Shown here piece by piece: positions 1 to 10,013 of a stretch of 64,000 bases of DNA (position 1 is its first letter; each line of letters starts with the position of its first letter). The DNA lies in contig CAWBUL010000005.1 in assembly GCA_963791885.1 (NCBI GenBank), positions 1,942,356 through 2,006,355 on the forward strand, read 5' to 3'. Made by a program: the position numbers and the translations under genes. The notes beneath the pieces are model-generated. The model was not told where the DNA came from. It ran no database searches and was given only the letters and a program-made list of their open reading frames with translations. This stretch comes from an uncultured Pseudomonadota bacterium. Lineage in GTDB: Bacteria; Pseudomonadota; Alphaproteobacteria; Acetobacterales; Acetobacteraceae.

Positions 1-265
1 CCTTGATCCCCCACTGTGCGGCGGTACCGCCGCCAGCGTTGATCTCGGCGATGGCGAGCTCATAACCGAGTTTGGCGTCGGTTCCGTCGGAGGAGTAGGG
101 CCCGGTCAGAGGGGTTGTGATGCCGACCATCACGCTGTCGCCTTGCGCGCCGGCGGGCCATGTACCAAGCGCGGGATGCTGCTCGGCGGCGTTGAGGCGC
201 ACGAGCGGCATCGCTGAAGCGGCGAGCGCAATATGCATCATGCCGCGGCGGCCGATTGGGGTCAT
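1..265 (-). CDS. ABC transporter periplasmic substrate-binding protein, Leu/Ile/Val (LivK)-type; N-terminal part only, runs off the window start
   Basis: Hand translation of the reverse strand from ATG 265-263 gives MTPIGRRGMMHIALAASAMPLVRLNAAEQ (signal-like), then VMVGITTPLTGPYSSDGTDAKLGYELAIAEINAGGG. That is the typical N-terminal motif of this binding-protein family. It is absent from the ORF track because it has no in-window stop. Confidence 0.6.
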   Translation of the reverse strand, partial: MTPIGRRGMMHIALAASAMPLVRLNAAEQHPALGTWPAGAQGDSVMVGITTPLTGPYSSDGTDAKLGYELAIAEINAGGGTAAQWGIK

Positions 266-545
266 GGGGCGTCTCCCGGTTTGTTATTTGTGCGGCCAGA
301 GATTGCGTCCGGGCGCAGCGTTCCGCAATTGCGGCGAAGAGCGTTGAGCCGTCGGGGGAACCAACAATTTCAGGTGTTTGCCCCCGAATTTGCACGAACG
401 GCAAAATACGGGAGACTCCAGCCGATCGTGTGGCCGGGTGCGGCAGTAAGACGCTATCATTCCTTCGGTCGGGTGCGGCTTCGCACTCAGCTTCGAGGCC
501 CGCGAGACCTGAACGGCGCGGACAAGGTGCAAGGGAGATCATGTC

Positions 546-1265
546 GTGGCAGGCAAAACGGGCCTCGTGGTCAGCGCTCATTCCGCGGACTTCGTCTGGA
601 GGGCGGGAGGTGCCATCGCACTCCATGCCGAAAACGGCATGGCCGTGACGGTGATCTGCCTATCCTACGGGGAGCGTGGGGAGTCCGCGAAACTCTGGCG
701 CCAGCCGGGCATGACGCTGGAGCGGGTGAAGGCTGAGCGACAGAAGGAGGCAGAGTCGGCGGCCGAATGTCTTGGCGTCGCTGATATCCAGTTCTGGGAC
801 TTGGGCGACTATCCGATCACGCTGGATCAGGAGGCGCTGTTCCGGCTGGTCGATGTCTATCGCGCGATCCATCCGGCTTTCGTGCTGACGCACTCGACGA
901 AGGACATTTACAACCACGATCATCCGGCGGTGACGCAGTTCGCGCAGCATGCGCGGATCGTGGCGCAGGCGCATGGGCATAAGCCGGAGCAGAAGGTGTT
1001 GGGGGCGCCTCCGGTCTTTCTGTTCGAGCCGCATCAGCCGGAACAGTGCGACTGGAAACCGGACGTATTGCTCGACATTACGCCGGTCTGGGCGAAGAAG
1101 CGGGCCGCTATCCAGTGCATGGCCGGGCAGGAGCATCTGTGGGAGTACTACACGCGGGTGGCCGTTCAGCGGGGCGCTCAGGCTGCGCGGAACTCCGATA
1201 AAAAGATAACATACGGAGAGGGTTACGAGGCGGTGTTCCCGCGCGTGGTGGAGCGCTTGGCATGA
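546..1265 (+). CDS. PIG-L/LmbE-family zinc hydrolase, GalB-like 4-oxalomesaconate hydratase candidate
   Basis: 239-aa ORF with a GTG start. Motifs VVSAHSADFVWRAGG, SYGERGES and HDHP are typical of the PIG-L fold. It is translationally coupled (4-nt overlap) to an RraA-like aldolase, as in gallate clusters. Confidence 0.65.
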   Translation: MAGKTGLVVSAHSADFVWRAGGAIALHAENGMAVTVICLSYGERGESAKLWRQPGMTLERVKAERQKEAESAAECLGVADIQFWDLGDYPITLDQEALFRLVDVYRAIHPAFVLTHSTKDIYNHDHPAVTQFAQHARIVAQAHGHKPEQKVLGAPPVFLFEPHQPEQCDWKPDVLLDITPVWAKKRAAIQCMAGQEHLWEYYTRVAVQRGAQAARNSDKKITYGEGYEAVFPRVVERLA

Positions 1266-1945
1266 GCGTGGTGATCACCGGTACACCGCGCGTCGATGTC
1301 GGGGTCGCGGAAGGGTACTCGATGTATGGCGTCGCCACGATCCATGAGGCGCAGGGCCGCACCGGGCTGATGGCGTCGTATATGCGGCCGGTCTGGGCGG
1401 GGGCGAAGCTGATTGGCAGCGCGATTACGGTGTCACTGCCGCCGGCTGATAACTGGATGATCCATGTCGCGGTCGAACAGTGCCGGGAGGGGGACGCGCT
1501 GGTGGTGGCACCGACCTCGCCGAGCGATGCCGGGTATTTCGGGGAACTTCTGGCGTGTTCTCTGGCTGCACGGGGCGTGATGGGGTTGGTGATCGAGGGC
1601 GGTGTGCGGGACGTCGCGGCGCTGCGGGAGATGAAGTTCCCGGTCTGGTCGAAGGCGGTCTCGGCGCAGGGGACGGTGAAGGAGACGCTGGGTTCGGTGA
1701 ACGTGCCGATCGTGTGCGGCGGGCAGATTGTCCAGCCGGGCGACCTGGTGGTGGCGGATGACGATGGCGTGGTGATCGTGCCTCGGCTGGCAGCGGCTTC
1801 GGTGCTGGAGAAGAGTGCAGCACGGGAGCGCAAGGAGGCCGAGACCCGCAAGCGGCTGAAGGCGGGGGAACTGGGATTGGATATTTACGGGATGCGGGAG
1901 GCTCTGGCGCGTAAGGGTCTGGTCTATCGCGACGCGAAAGGCTGA
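1262..1945 (+). CDS. 4-carboxy-4-hydroxy-2-oxoadipate aldolase / oxaloacetate decarboxylase (RraA-like, LigK/GalC type)
   Basis: 227 aa. YGVATIHEAQGRTGL, GELLA and VVADDDGVVIVP resemble the class II RraA-like aldolase family. The start overlaps the upstream stop. Confidence 0.75.
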   Translation: MSVVITGTPRVDVGVAEGYSMYGVATIHEAQGRTGLMASYMRPVWAGAKLIGSAITVSLPPADNWMIHVAVEQCREGDALVVAPTSPSDAGYFGELLACSLAARGVMGLVIEGGVRDVAALREMKFPVWSKAVSAQGTVKETLGSVNVPIVCGGQIVQPGDLVVADDDGVVIVPRLAAASVLEKSAARERKEAETRKRLKAGELGLDIYGMREALARKGLVYRDAKG

Positions 1946-1948
1946 GCG

Positions 1949-2794
1949 GTGACCCCCGTGTTGCGCGCCGCGATTGGCTCATATCCGCATACGCGCGCGC
2001 TGAAATCGGGGGAGATCGCCTCGGACCTGTTGCGGCTGGAGTTCGCCGATATCACGCCGATCAATCGGGCTTTCGCACCGATGGTGCGGGAGCTTCGGTT
2101 CGATGTCTCCGAGATGGCGATCGCGACGTTCCTGCAGGCGAGGGCGTATCGAAAGCCGCTGGTGCTGCTGCCTGTCGTCATGGCGGCACGCTTCCAGGAG
2201 GCGGCTCTGTTATGCCGCAGAGACAGCGACATAGCCGGCCCTGCCGATCTCGCGGGCCGGCGCGTTGGCGTGCGTGCATACAGCCAGACCACGGGCATGT
2301 GGCTGCGTGGCATCCTGGCTGAGTCGCACCGGGTGCGCCCAGAGCAGATACGCTGGGTGACGTTCGAAGGCGCGCATGTGGCCGAGGCACCGGACCCGGC
2401 CTGGGTGATTCGGGCGGAGTCAGGCCACGAGATGATGGGGATGCTGCGGGCGGGCGCGTTGGACGCCGTGATCGTCGGCAACGATGCGCCGAACGATCCC
2501 AACTTGCGCACGGTGTTCGAGGATCAGGCAGCCGCCGGGGAGGCGTTTCGTGCCCGCCACGGGTTCGTGCCGGTCAACCACATGGTGGTGGTCACGCGAC
2601 AGCTGGCGGCAGATCGACCCGACCTCGTGGCGGAACTGGTTCGGTTGTTCCGCCTTGCGGGAACCACGGTGGACCGTGCGGCACTGGAGCCGGCTATCGC
2701 GCTGGCGATCCGCTATTCGGCGGAGCAGGGGCTGCTGCCGCGGGAGATCGGGTTGGACGAGGTATGGGAGGGCTTGCCGGCGCTGGCGGCATGA
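1949..2794 (+). CDS. Periplasmic-binding-fold (NMT1/THI5-like) protein, 4,5-dihydroxyphthalate decarboxylase-like
   Basis: 281-aa ORF starting 3 nt after the aldolase stop. The N-terminus LRAAIGSYPHTRALKSGEI...FADITPINRAFAPMVRELRFDVSEMAIATFL resembles that family. The functional assignment is weak. Confidence 0.4.
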   Translation: MTPVLRAAIGSYPHTRALKSGEIASDLLRLEFADITPINRAFAPMVRELRFDVSEMAIATFLQARAYRKPLVLLPVVMAARFQEAALLCRRDSDIAGPADLAGRRVGVRAYSQTTGMWLRGILAESHRVRPEQIRWVTFEGAHVAEAPDPAWVIRAESGHEMMGMLRAGALDAVIVGNDAPNDPNLRTVFEDQAAAGEAFRARHGFVPVNHMVVVTRQLAADRPDLVAELVRLFRLAGTTVDRAALEPAIALAIRYSAEQGLLPREIGLDEVWEGLPALAA

Positions 2795-2844
2795 TGACGC
2801 GTGGAGTGACCAGCTTTCAGCGAGCAGAAACGGGGAGTTGCAGG

Positions 2845-3225
2845 ATGGATGAGGACAAGGTTCGAGAGGCGCTTAATCGCCACTGGGCCGCCTCGGATGC
2901 AAACGACTTCGAAGTCGAGCATGACATATACCGAGAGGATGCAGTGCTTGAGTACCCGCAATCGGGCGAGCGCATCAGGGGTCGACGCAACATCCAGGCG
3001 TCTCGCGTTGCGCAGCAGAACTTCAAGCGCTTCACGCTGCGCCGAATTGTCGGCGCGGGAGATCTCTGGGTCTCGGAATTCATCATTACGTATGACGGCC
3101 AGCCATCCCATTCGGTGAGCGTCATGGAATTCCTGGATGGCAAGGTGGCCCGCGAGACCCAATACTTTGGCGATCCGTTCGAGCCGGGGCCTTCACGCGC
3201 CCATTTGGTTGAGCGAATGGCGTGA
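2845..3225 (+). CDS. SnoaL/NTF2-like (ketosteroid isomerase fold) protein
   Basis: Internal ATG at 2845 is preceded by GGGGAG at 2832-2837. The sequence MDEDKVREALNRHWAASDANDFEVEHDIYREDAVLEYPQSGERIRGRRNI is typical of the NTF2-like superfamily. Confidence 0.6.
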   Translation: MDEDKVREALNRHWAASDANDFEVEHDIYREDAVLEYPQSGERIRGRRNIQASRVAQQNFKRFTLRRIVGAGDLWVSEFIITYDGQPSHSVSVMEFLDGKVARETQYFGDPFEPGPSRAHLVERMA

Positions 3226-3345
3226 CACCGGCCCGACGGTAGCGGATCCGCGCGCTGGGCCGGCAGAGCTGCCTGTCGAGCTGTTTTCGGGATATGATCA
3301 TCGCATGATGATGAATATTACCCGACTGCCGCCGGGCAGCCGGCA

Positions 3346-3946
3346 ATGACGACGGTCTACGGCATGGCTCCGTCCGGTAATTGCTGGAAAGCGGCGCAGA
3401 TCCTGCGGCTTACAGGCCATTCCTTCCGCTGGGTGGAGGTGGACGCCAACGCGGGCGAAACCCGCGCGCCTGCGTTCCTGGCGCGTTTTCCGAAGGGGAA
3501 GATACCGGTGGTGGAGACCGACGACGGAACGGTTTTCACTGAATTGAATGCGATCCTCGCCCATTTCGCGGAGAATACGCGCTGGCTGCTTGATCCCGGC
3601 GTTGCCCGAACCCGCGTGTTCGAGTGGTTGTTCTGGGAGCAGGTACAGCCACGAGCCCTACATCGCAGTGGCTCGTAACATCCGTTCTTATCTGCGCACC
3701 GCGCAAGCAGAGGCGGAGCGGCTGGAGCGCTGCCGTCTGGGCGGCGAGCGGGCGTTGGACGTGATGGAACGGCGTTTGCGCGTGGATGATTGGCTGACGG
3801 ATGCCGGCCCGACGATCGCCGACCTTTCCCTGTTCGCTTATACGCATGTCGCGGACGAGGGCGGTTTCGAACTTGCGCATTGGCCCGCGGTGTCGGCGTG
3901 GGTCGAGCGGGTGCGCGCTCTGCCCGGAATTGTTCCGCTACGCTGA
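3346..3946 (+). pseudogene. Glutathione S-transferase, frameshifted by a 1-nt insertion
   Basis: The N-terminal thioredoxin-like half (3346..3678, frame 1) ends ...VFEWLFWEQ. The C-terminal half continues YSHEPYIAVARN...IADLSLFAYTHV in frame 2 (3548..3946 ORF). The frames join at CAG(3640-3642) G(3643) TAC(3644-3646). Confidence 0.75.
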
Positions 3947-3955
3947 TGGCGGGTG

Positions 3956-6664
3956 TTAAGTGACCTGCCGTGTGACGCGCCGCGCTTCCAGCAGGACCGC
4001 TATCCGTTCGGCGAGGTGCTCCGCGCTTACCGGCTTTCGGAGCAGAGTGAAGCTGCCGCTGATCGCGCCAGTGACCGCGAGGGAGGTGCCTTCCTCGGCA
4101 TAGCCGGTCAGCAGCACGGAGGGCAGGTTGGGCTGATAGGCCTGTGCAGCGCGGATCAGGCTCAGGCCGTCCATTCCGGGCATCGACAGATCGGTGACCA
4201 GAACATCAATGCCTTCTCCTGCATTGAGCAGCGCCATGGCTTCCATGCCGCTTTGCGCAACCAGGGTGGCGTAGCCCATGTCCTCCAGCAGGGTGCTCAT
4301 GAGTTCGCGGATCGTCGCATCATCGTCCACCAGCAGTACACGGGCGCGCATCGGGCGTTCGGGTCCGGCCGGGCCCGTGGGGCGGATGAGGGTGGTTTCG
4401 ACCTGCGGCAGCCAGATGGCGACCCGAGTACCAAAGCCCGGGTTGCTTTCGATGTGGAAGGCACCACCCGATTGCTCGGCGAAGCCCTTGACCATCGGGA
4501 GTCCCAAACCTGTGCCTTCGCCCGCAGGCTTGGTCGTGAAAAACGGCTCGGTGACGCGCGCCAGCGTGGCCGCATCCACCCCGACGCCGGTATCGGTGAC
4601 CGTGAACCGCACATAGTGTCCGGGCCGCAAGCTCAAGGCATTCGGCCGCTCGGGCACAGTTTCGGTGACCGCGGACAGCACCAGTACGCCGCCGGACGGC
4701 ATCGCGTCGCGGGCATTGGTGGCGAGGTTGATGAGCGCGGTTTCAAGCTGGCCTTTGTCAGCGATGACAGCGGGTAGGCCGGGCGGGGCTTCGATCTCCA
4801 TGCGGATGGCGGGACCCAGGGCAGGTTCCAGCACCTCGGTCAGGCCATGCAGCAGGTCGGCCGGCGCGATGGGCTCGGCGCGAAGGTCTCCGTGGCGGGA
4901 GAAGGCGAGCAACCGTCGGGTGACGGACGCGCCACGTCCCGCGGCGTCCAGAATCAGTTGCGCCAGGCGCTGTAGCCCGCCATCGGTGGTGCGGTTCGCG
5001 ATCAGCGTCGCGCCGCCCTGAACGGATTGCAGTACATTGTTGAAATCATGGGCGATTCCACCTGCGAGCTGACCCAATGCCTGCATTCGTTCGGCATGCG
5101 CCGCGCGGATCTGAGCCTCCTCGCGGGCGGCGACTTCGGCACGGACTCGTGCTTCCAGTTCATGGTTGATGGTGCGCAGCCGTGCTTCGGCTTCACGCAG
5201 CACGTCGTCCGCGCGAACGCGGTCGCTGATGTCCTGGATGATCCGGATGGCGTAGAGCGGCGTGCCCTGGTCCCGCAGCAGGGAGACATGCACGCTGACC
5301 CAGACACGCGAGCCATCCTTGCGGATCAGGCGATTTTCCAGCGTGTAGGAATCGATGTCGCCACGCCAGAGCGCTTCATGGCGTGACCGGTCGCGGTCGC
5401 GATCCTCGGGTGCGGTCAGAAGATGGAAGGGCTGGCCGGTCAGACCCCCCTCGGGGTAGCCGAGGATCTCGTGCAGGCGCTGATTGGCGTTGCGATAGAT
5501 GCCGGCGCGGTCGGTTTCGCCGATGCCAACCGGCGCCGCCGCGTAGGTCGCGCGCAGCCGGTGCTCACTGACCTGGAGCTCGGCCAGAACAGCGTCGCGT
5601 TCCTTCAGCCGATGCGCGGCGTGTTCCGCTGCCCGACGCAGGGCGTCACCCACATCCTCGGCCTCGCGCAGACCCGGGGTCGGTGGTGGCGGAATTTCAC
5701 CGCGGCCGAAGGCCATAGCCGCACGTGCGAGGGCCCGCATCGGAACGGCGATCCGGCGGGCCAGCAGCCATGCGGCCGTCGCGGCCAGAAGCAACGTGGC
5801 CAGTCCGGTCGCGAGTGTGATGAGCAAAGCGGCGCGGAGCGGATCGTCGATTTCGCTGCGGGGCACGCCGACGACGACCGACCAGCCGGTCAGGGGCGAA
5901 CGGAGCAGGGTGGAGTAGAGGGCAAGGCCGTCACGCGAGACGTTGGGGAACCAGACTGCATCACCGGCCTGGGCGCGGATATCGGCCGATGGCGGGCGGC
6001 CGAGGTATTCGTCGAGATGGCGGGTCCGACCGATGATGAGCCCTTGCCGGTCCATGATTCCCGCGAGCCACGACGTCGGCAGCGCCTGGTCCTGCAGTAC
6101 GGCGGAGAGCTGAGTCGGAGGCAGGCCGGCGGCGAGCACGTAGGCGACCTGTCCATTGCGGAAGACCGGGACCTCCACGGAAAGGATAGGCTCATTGCCA
6201 AGCGCGGCGGGAACCAGGTCCGAAATCGCCGGGCGGCCGGTGGCGAAAACCTTCAGATGTGTCTCGAGATGAAGGCTACGCGGCAGCGGTGCGCCCCATG
6301 GCACCCGGCTGCTAACGAGCTGCTGGCCGCTGCGGTCGATCAGGACGATGCCGGTCGCGCCAAGGACGGGGGCGGCCGCGGTGATCAACTCGCGGAAGTC
6401 TTTCAGATCACCGGACTGGAGACTCGGCGCCTGAGCCAGCAGCTTCAGGGACGTCTCGGCGTTGCTGACGTAGCGATCCGTGGCGACGACGAGCGACTCG
6501 GCCCTCGCGTGCGCGGTATCCCGGAGGCGATCGGCGGTTTGCTGTACAGTCAGCACCCCGAGCCAGGTGGCAAGCGCGGCGGTGGGCAGGGCGCTGACCA
6601 AGGCCAGGGCGATGAGCCATGTCCGGGTGCGGGGGCTGCGCCGGGCTGTTGCGGGAGCGGCCAT
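3956..6664 (-). CDS. Hybrid sensor histidine kinase/response regulator (TM-dCache-TM-HAMP-PAS-HisKA-HATPase-REC)
   Basis: 902 aa. It has an N-terminal TM helix, a roughly 250-aa Cache-like periplasmic region, a second TM helix and a PAS domain. Further motifs are LGQLAGGIAHDFNNVLQ (H-box), NLATNARDAMP (N-box), DTGVGVD, GTGLGL, and a C-terminal receiver VLLVDDD...DLSMPGMDG. Confidence 0.85.
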   Translation of the reverse strand: MAAPATARRSPRTRTWLIALALVSALPTAALATWLGVLTVQQTADRLRDTAHARAESLVVATDRYVSNAETSLKLLAQAPSLQSGDLKDFRELITAAAPVLGATGIVLIDRSGQQLVSSRVPWGAPLPRSLHLETHLKVFATGRPAISDLVPAALGNEPILSVEVPVFRNGQVAYVLAAGLPPTQLSAVLQDQALPTSWLAGIMDRQGLIIGRTRHLDEYLGRPPSADIRAQAGDAVWFPNVSRDGLALYSTLLRSPLTGWSVVVGVPRSEIDDPLRAALLITLATGLATLLLAATAAWLLARRIAVPMRALARAAMAFGRGEIPPPPTPGLREAEDVGDALRRAAEHAAHRLKERDAVLAELQVSEHRLRATYAAAPVGIGETDRAGIYRNANQRLHEILGYPEGGLTGQPFHLLTAPEDRDRDRSRHEALWRGDIDSYTLENRLIRKDGSRVWVSVHVSLLRDQGTPLYAIRIIQDISDRVRADDVLREAEARLRTINHELEARVRAEVAAREEAQIRAAHAERMQALGQLAGGIAHDFNNVLQSVQGGATLIANRTTDGGLQRLAQLILDAAGRGASVTRRLLAFSRHGDLRAEPIAPADLLHGLTEVLEPALGPAIRMEIEAPPGLPAVIADKGQLETALINLATNARDAMPSGGVLVLSAVTETVPERPNALSLRPGHYVRFTVTDTGVGVDAATLARVTEPFFTTKPAGEGTGLGLPMVKGFAEQSGGAFHIESNPGFGTRVAIWLPQVETTLIRPTGPAGPERPMRARVLLVDDDATIRELMSTLLEDMGYATLVAQSGMEAMALLNAGEGIDVLVTDLSMPGMDGLSLIRAAQAYQPNLPSVLLTGYAEEGTSLAVTGAISGSFTLLRKPVSAEHLAERIAVLLEARRVTRQVT

Positions 6665-6786
6665 AAGTCAAATTAGGGGGGGCCTGGAGCCAGGAAAATG
6701 TCTTATTCGTTCATCGGCCGGTATGTTCCGCCGCATCCGCTCTTCTCCAACATTGTCGGGATGACACATCGAGAGTTAGAGCCCTG

Positions 6787-7815
6787 ATGTCCCGGATGTT
6801 GCAGGAAGTGCGGGAGACGCCGGGGCTGGTTCAGGTAGCGCTGCGCGAGGATTCCGAGCGCTACGAAGCCCTGGGTCGCCGGCTGCGAGCGCGACCGCCG
6901 GGATTTGTGGCCACGATCGCCCGGGGGAGTTCGGACCACGCGGCACTGTACGCGGCGAGTTTGATCGCGATCCGCGCGGGGCATGCGACCGCCTCGCTGC
7001 AGCCGTCCTGGATCACGCGCTATGGGGCCAGGATCGATCTATCCGGCGCGCTGGTGCTGGCGATCTCCCAGAGCGGTGCCAGCCCGGATCTGGTCGAGGC
7101 GCTGGGGGCGGCGCGCCGCGCGGGCGGGCTGACGGTCGCGCTGGTGAACGACGCGGAGAGCGAACTGGCGCGAGAAGCCGAATGGGTGCTGCCGCAGCGA
7201 GCCGGGCCGGAGAAAGCGGTGGCGGCAACCAAGAGTTTCATTCTGAGCCTGGTCGCGCTGGCACGGCTGGTCGCGGCCTGGACGGAGGACGCGGCGCTGG
7301 CCGTTGCGCTGGCTCAACTGCCGAACCGGCTGGCCGCTGCGCTGGAGTGCGACTGGTCCGATGCCGTGGGATTTCTCGACGGAGAGCAACAATCCGGCGC
7401 GTTCGTGGTGGCGCGCGGCCCGGCGCTGGCCATCGCACACGAGGCTGCACTGAAGCTGAAGGAGACCTGCTACGTCCATGCAGAGGCCTTGAGTTCCGCC
7501 GAAATCCTGCACGGGCCCTTTGCCGTGCTGGCGGACGGCTTTCCGGTGCTGGGGTTCGCCCTGGAGGACGAGGGGGGCGAGGACACGCGCGCTCTGGCGG
7601 AGCCTGTGACGAAGGCGGGCGCGCAGCCGATGATAGCGGCCAGCGGTCCTGTCTCAGCGGGCTTGCGTCTGCCGCTGCCGGCGCCCGTGCATCCGCTGCT
7701 CGATCCCATTGTGGCGATCACGGCGTTCTATCCGTTCGCCGAAGTGCTGGCGCGGCGGCGCGGCATCGATCCGGACCGGCCGCGCAACCTGCGGAAGGTG
7801 ACGCGTACGACGTAG
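6787..7815 (+). CDS. SIS-domain sugar-phosphate isomerase/aminotransferase-like protein (GlmS C-terminal / AgaS-like)
   Basis: 342 aa with two SIS-like repeats (ARGSSDHAALYA, ISQSGASPDLV, VARGPALAIAHEAALKLKE). Confidence 0.7.
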   Translation: MSRMLQEVRETPGLVQVALREDSERYEALGRRLRARPPGFVATIARGSSDHAALYAASLIAIRAGHATASLQPSWITRYGARIDLSGALVLAISQSGASPDLVEALGAARRAGGLTVALVNDAESELAREAEWVLPQRAGPEKAVAATKSFILSLVALARLVAAWTEDAALAVALAQLPNRLAAALECDWSDAVGFLDGEQQSGAFVVARGPALAIAHEAALKLKETCYVHAEALSSAEILHGPFAVLADGFPVLGFALEDEGGEDTRALAEPVTKAGAQPMIAASGPVSAGLRLPLPAPVHPLLDPIVAITAFYPFAEVLARRRGIDPDRPRNLRKVTRTT

Positions 7816-7970
7816 GGAGCGGAAAGCTCGACCAGTTTCGCGCTGACATCGAGGTGAACCGCGGCGCGCTGATGCGATCGGGTTGTGATCTTCCCGGGCG
7901 GTCACGGAATCGTAAGGCAGATGGCTTCGCTGGTGTTACGTCTCTGACCCTGCCCCCAAACTGTCCTCAC

Positions 7971-8828
7971 TCATAACCAGAATCCGTTCTGGTTGTGGTC
8001 CGTCCTGGACCGGGTTGCGAACTCGTTCGGAGTAAGTCCACGCAGGCTGGTGTGGGGCCGATGGGCATTATAGTCGGCCCGCCAAGCTTCGATGATCCTC
8101 CGGGCTGCGGGCAAGCCCTGGAAGACGTGCTCATTGAGGCATTCGTCGCGCAAGCGACCGTTCAGGCTCTCGACGAATGCGTTCTGCACTGGCTTGCCGG
8201 GGGCGATGTAGTGCCAGCCGACACCGCGATCTTGCCGCCAACTCAGCACCACATGCGACGTCAGCTCGGTCCCGTTGTCGCTGACCACCAGCAAGGGGGC
8301 GCCGCGCCGTTCTACGATGTGATTGAGTTCGCGCACCACCCTGCGACCGGACAGCGATGTATCCACCACCAGCGCCAGGCATTCGCGGGTGAAGTCGTCC
8401 ACCACCACAAGCACCCGAAAGCGGCGGCCGTCGGCCAGTACGTCGGAGACGAAGTCCAGGCTCCAGCGCTGGTTCGGACCCTGTGGCAACGTCATTGGCG
8501 CGCGCGTTCCCAAAGCCCGCTTGCGACCGCCACGCCGCCGCACAACCAGTCGTTCCTCGCGGTAGAGCCGGAACAGCTTCTTGTGATTTAGCATGATCCC
8601 TTCTCGCCGCAGCAGAATATGCAAACGCCGATATCCGAACCGGCGCCGCTCGGCCGCCAACGCGCGGAGCCGCGTGCGAACCGCAGCGTCGCCGCCACGG
8701 CGCGATAGGTAACGGAACACCTTCGGTGCAATGCTCAGCAGCGAACAGGCACGCCGCTGCGAATAGCTCTTCTCTTCAATCGCCCAGATCACAGCTTTCC
8801 GCCGCGAGCCGGGCGTCAGAAGTTTTTT
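7971..8828 (-). CDS. IS3-family transposase OrfB (DDE integrase), expressed by -1 frameshift from OrfA
   Basis: In the -1 frame after the heptamer the sequence reads [31 protein letters not shown]...WSLDFVSD...[11 protein letters not shown]...[17 protein letters not shown]...[10 protein letters not shown]. Confidence 0.85.
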   Translation of the reverse strand, partial: KKLLTPGSRRKAVIWAIEEKSYSQRRACSLLSIAPKVFRYLSRRGGDAAVRTRLRALAAERRRFGYRRLHILLRREGIMLNHKKLFRLYREERLVVRRRGGRKRALGTRAPMTLPQGPNQRWSLDFVSDVLADGRRFRVLVVVDDFTRECLALVVDTSLSGRRVVRELNHIVERRGAPLLVVSDNGTELTSHVVLSWRQDRGVGWHYIAPGKPVQNAFVESLNGRLRDECLNEHVFQGLPAARRIIEAWRADYNAHRPHTSLRGLTPNEFATRSRTDHNQNGFWL

Positions 8829-9082
8829 CCCAAGGCTTCCTTCAGCGTCGCCACATCCAGCACCGATTCCGCCAGCAGCTTCTTCAGCTTGCGGTTCTCC
8901 TCTTCCAGAGCCTTCAGTCTCTTGGCGTCCGAGATCTCCATCCCGCCGTAGCGCGATCGCCAATTGTAGAACGTCGCGTCGCTGATCCCGTGCTTGCGGC
9001 ACAGCTCCGTTACCGGCAGTCCTGCCTGATGGTCTTTCAGCACACCGATGATCTGCTCCTCAGTGAACCGGCTCTTCCTCAT
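8816..9082 (-). CDS. IS3-family transposase OrfA (HTH)
   Basis: 88 aa, [72 protein letters not shown]. This is the canonical IS3 OrfA. Confidence 0.9.
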   Translation of the reverse strand: MRKSRFTEEQIIGVLKDHQAGLPVTELCRKHGISDATFYNWRSRYGGMEISDAKRLKALEEENRKLKKLLAESVLDVATLKEALGKNF

Positions 9083-9238
9083 CTTCCGTCTCCTGGCGGG
9101 AACGGACTCTAGCTCAGAGCGGGGACATTTCAGGGGGCAGGGTCATCTCTGATAGATTAACCGAGTCTCCCATACTAGAAATGTGACCAGCACTGGTTAG
9201 CTGTCTCCATCGGGGCTCGGTCGACGGAGCCTCGAAGA

Positions 9239-9940
9239 ATGAACGCGGGAGGGGGTGTGATCCGAGGGATGTTGTTGCGCCGCTGCGGAACTGCTGCTGT
9301 CGGAGCGCTGCTGGTGTTCATCGGCGCCGGTTCTGCCAACGCTGATGTGCAGACGAGTTTATCGTTTCTTTCTCCACATGTCATCGACGCGGGCGGCTCG
9401 GTTTCCGTGGACTTTGGGGTGACGTTTATCCCTCTGCCGGCAAGCTTTAACCCTCCGGAATTTATCGACGATTCGAATTCGATGCAGGTGAGCAGTTGCG
9501 GGGTGGTTGCGGGCGCGTGCACGGAGCTGCTTATCGAAACGACGGCGTCGGTTCCGTCCCCACTTTTCGCTGAGGTGGTGGCCGGCAACTCGTTTGGGCC
9601 GCCAAATTTTTATCCTGAAACCAGCGCGGGCAGTTTCGAGCTGACCCTGCCTTATCCGAATGTCGGAACCTGGGAGATTACGACAGCGGGCGGCGATATG
9701 GAGACGATCGTCGAGGAGGAGTGCCTGACATCGTTTGTCGGGGGAGAGCAGCAAGGCGGTACCAGCTGCTCTGCGATACAGACCATTCCTATTACGGGGA
9801 CTTTCGATCCGGGTGGAACGCCGACGCTGTATGTCACAGTCCTGCCGGCGGGGACGCCCATTCCGGAGCCTGCCGGCTGGGCGGTGCTGGGGCTTGGCGT
9901 ATTTGGGGTTTCGGTTGCCTCGCGAAGGCGGCGGGCTTAG
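9239..9940 (+). CDS. PEP-CTERM sorting-domain secreted protein
   Basis: 233 aa. It has an N-terminal signal peptide (LLRRCGTAAVGALLVFIGAGSANA). The C-terminus PIPEPAGWAVLGLGVFGVSVASRRRRA matches PEP motif + TM helix + Arg cluster. Confidence 0.7.
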   Translation: MNAGGGVIRGMLLRRCGTAAVGALLVFIGAGSANADVQTSLSFLSPHVIDAGGSVSVDFGVTFIPLPASFNPPEFIDDSNSMQVSSCGVVAGACTELLIETTASVPSPLFAEVVAGNSFGPPNFYPETSAGSFELTLPYPNVGTWEITTAGGDMETIVEEECLTSFVGGEQQGGTSCSAIQTIPITGTFDPGGTPTLYVTVLPAGTPIPEPAGWAVLGLGVFGVSVASRRRRA

Positions 9941-10013
9941 CGAACTTGGTTCTTGATAGTGTGGGCTGAATCTGGTCGGCCGCCAGCGCTTCGCCGTCTC
10001 CTCGGAACAGTCC

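Larger units (their letters stand above)
7945..9145 (-). mobile_element. IS3-family (IS407-group-like) insertion sequence, copy 1, 1201 bp
   Basis: The terminal inverted repeats begin TGACCCTGCCCCC at 7945 and its reverse complement ends at 9145. The element is flanked by a 4-bp direct repeat TCTC (7941-7944 and 9146-9149). It carries orfA/orfB with an A-AAA-AAC slippery heptamer (reverse strand, 8822-8828). Confidence 0.9.
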
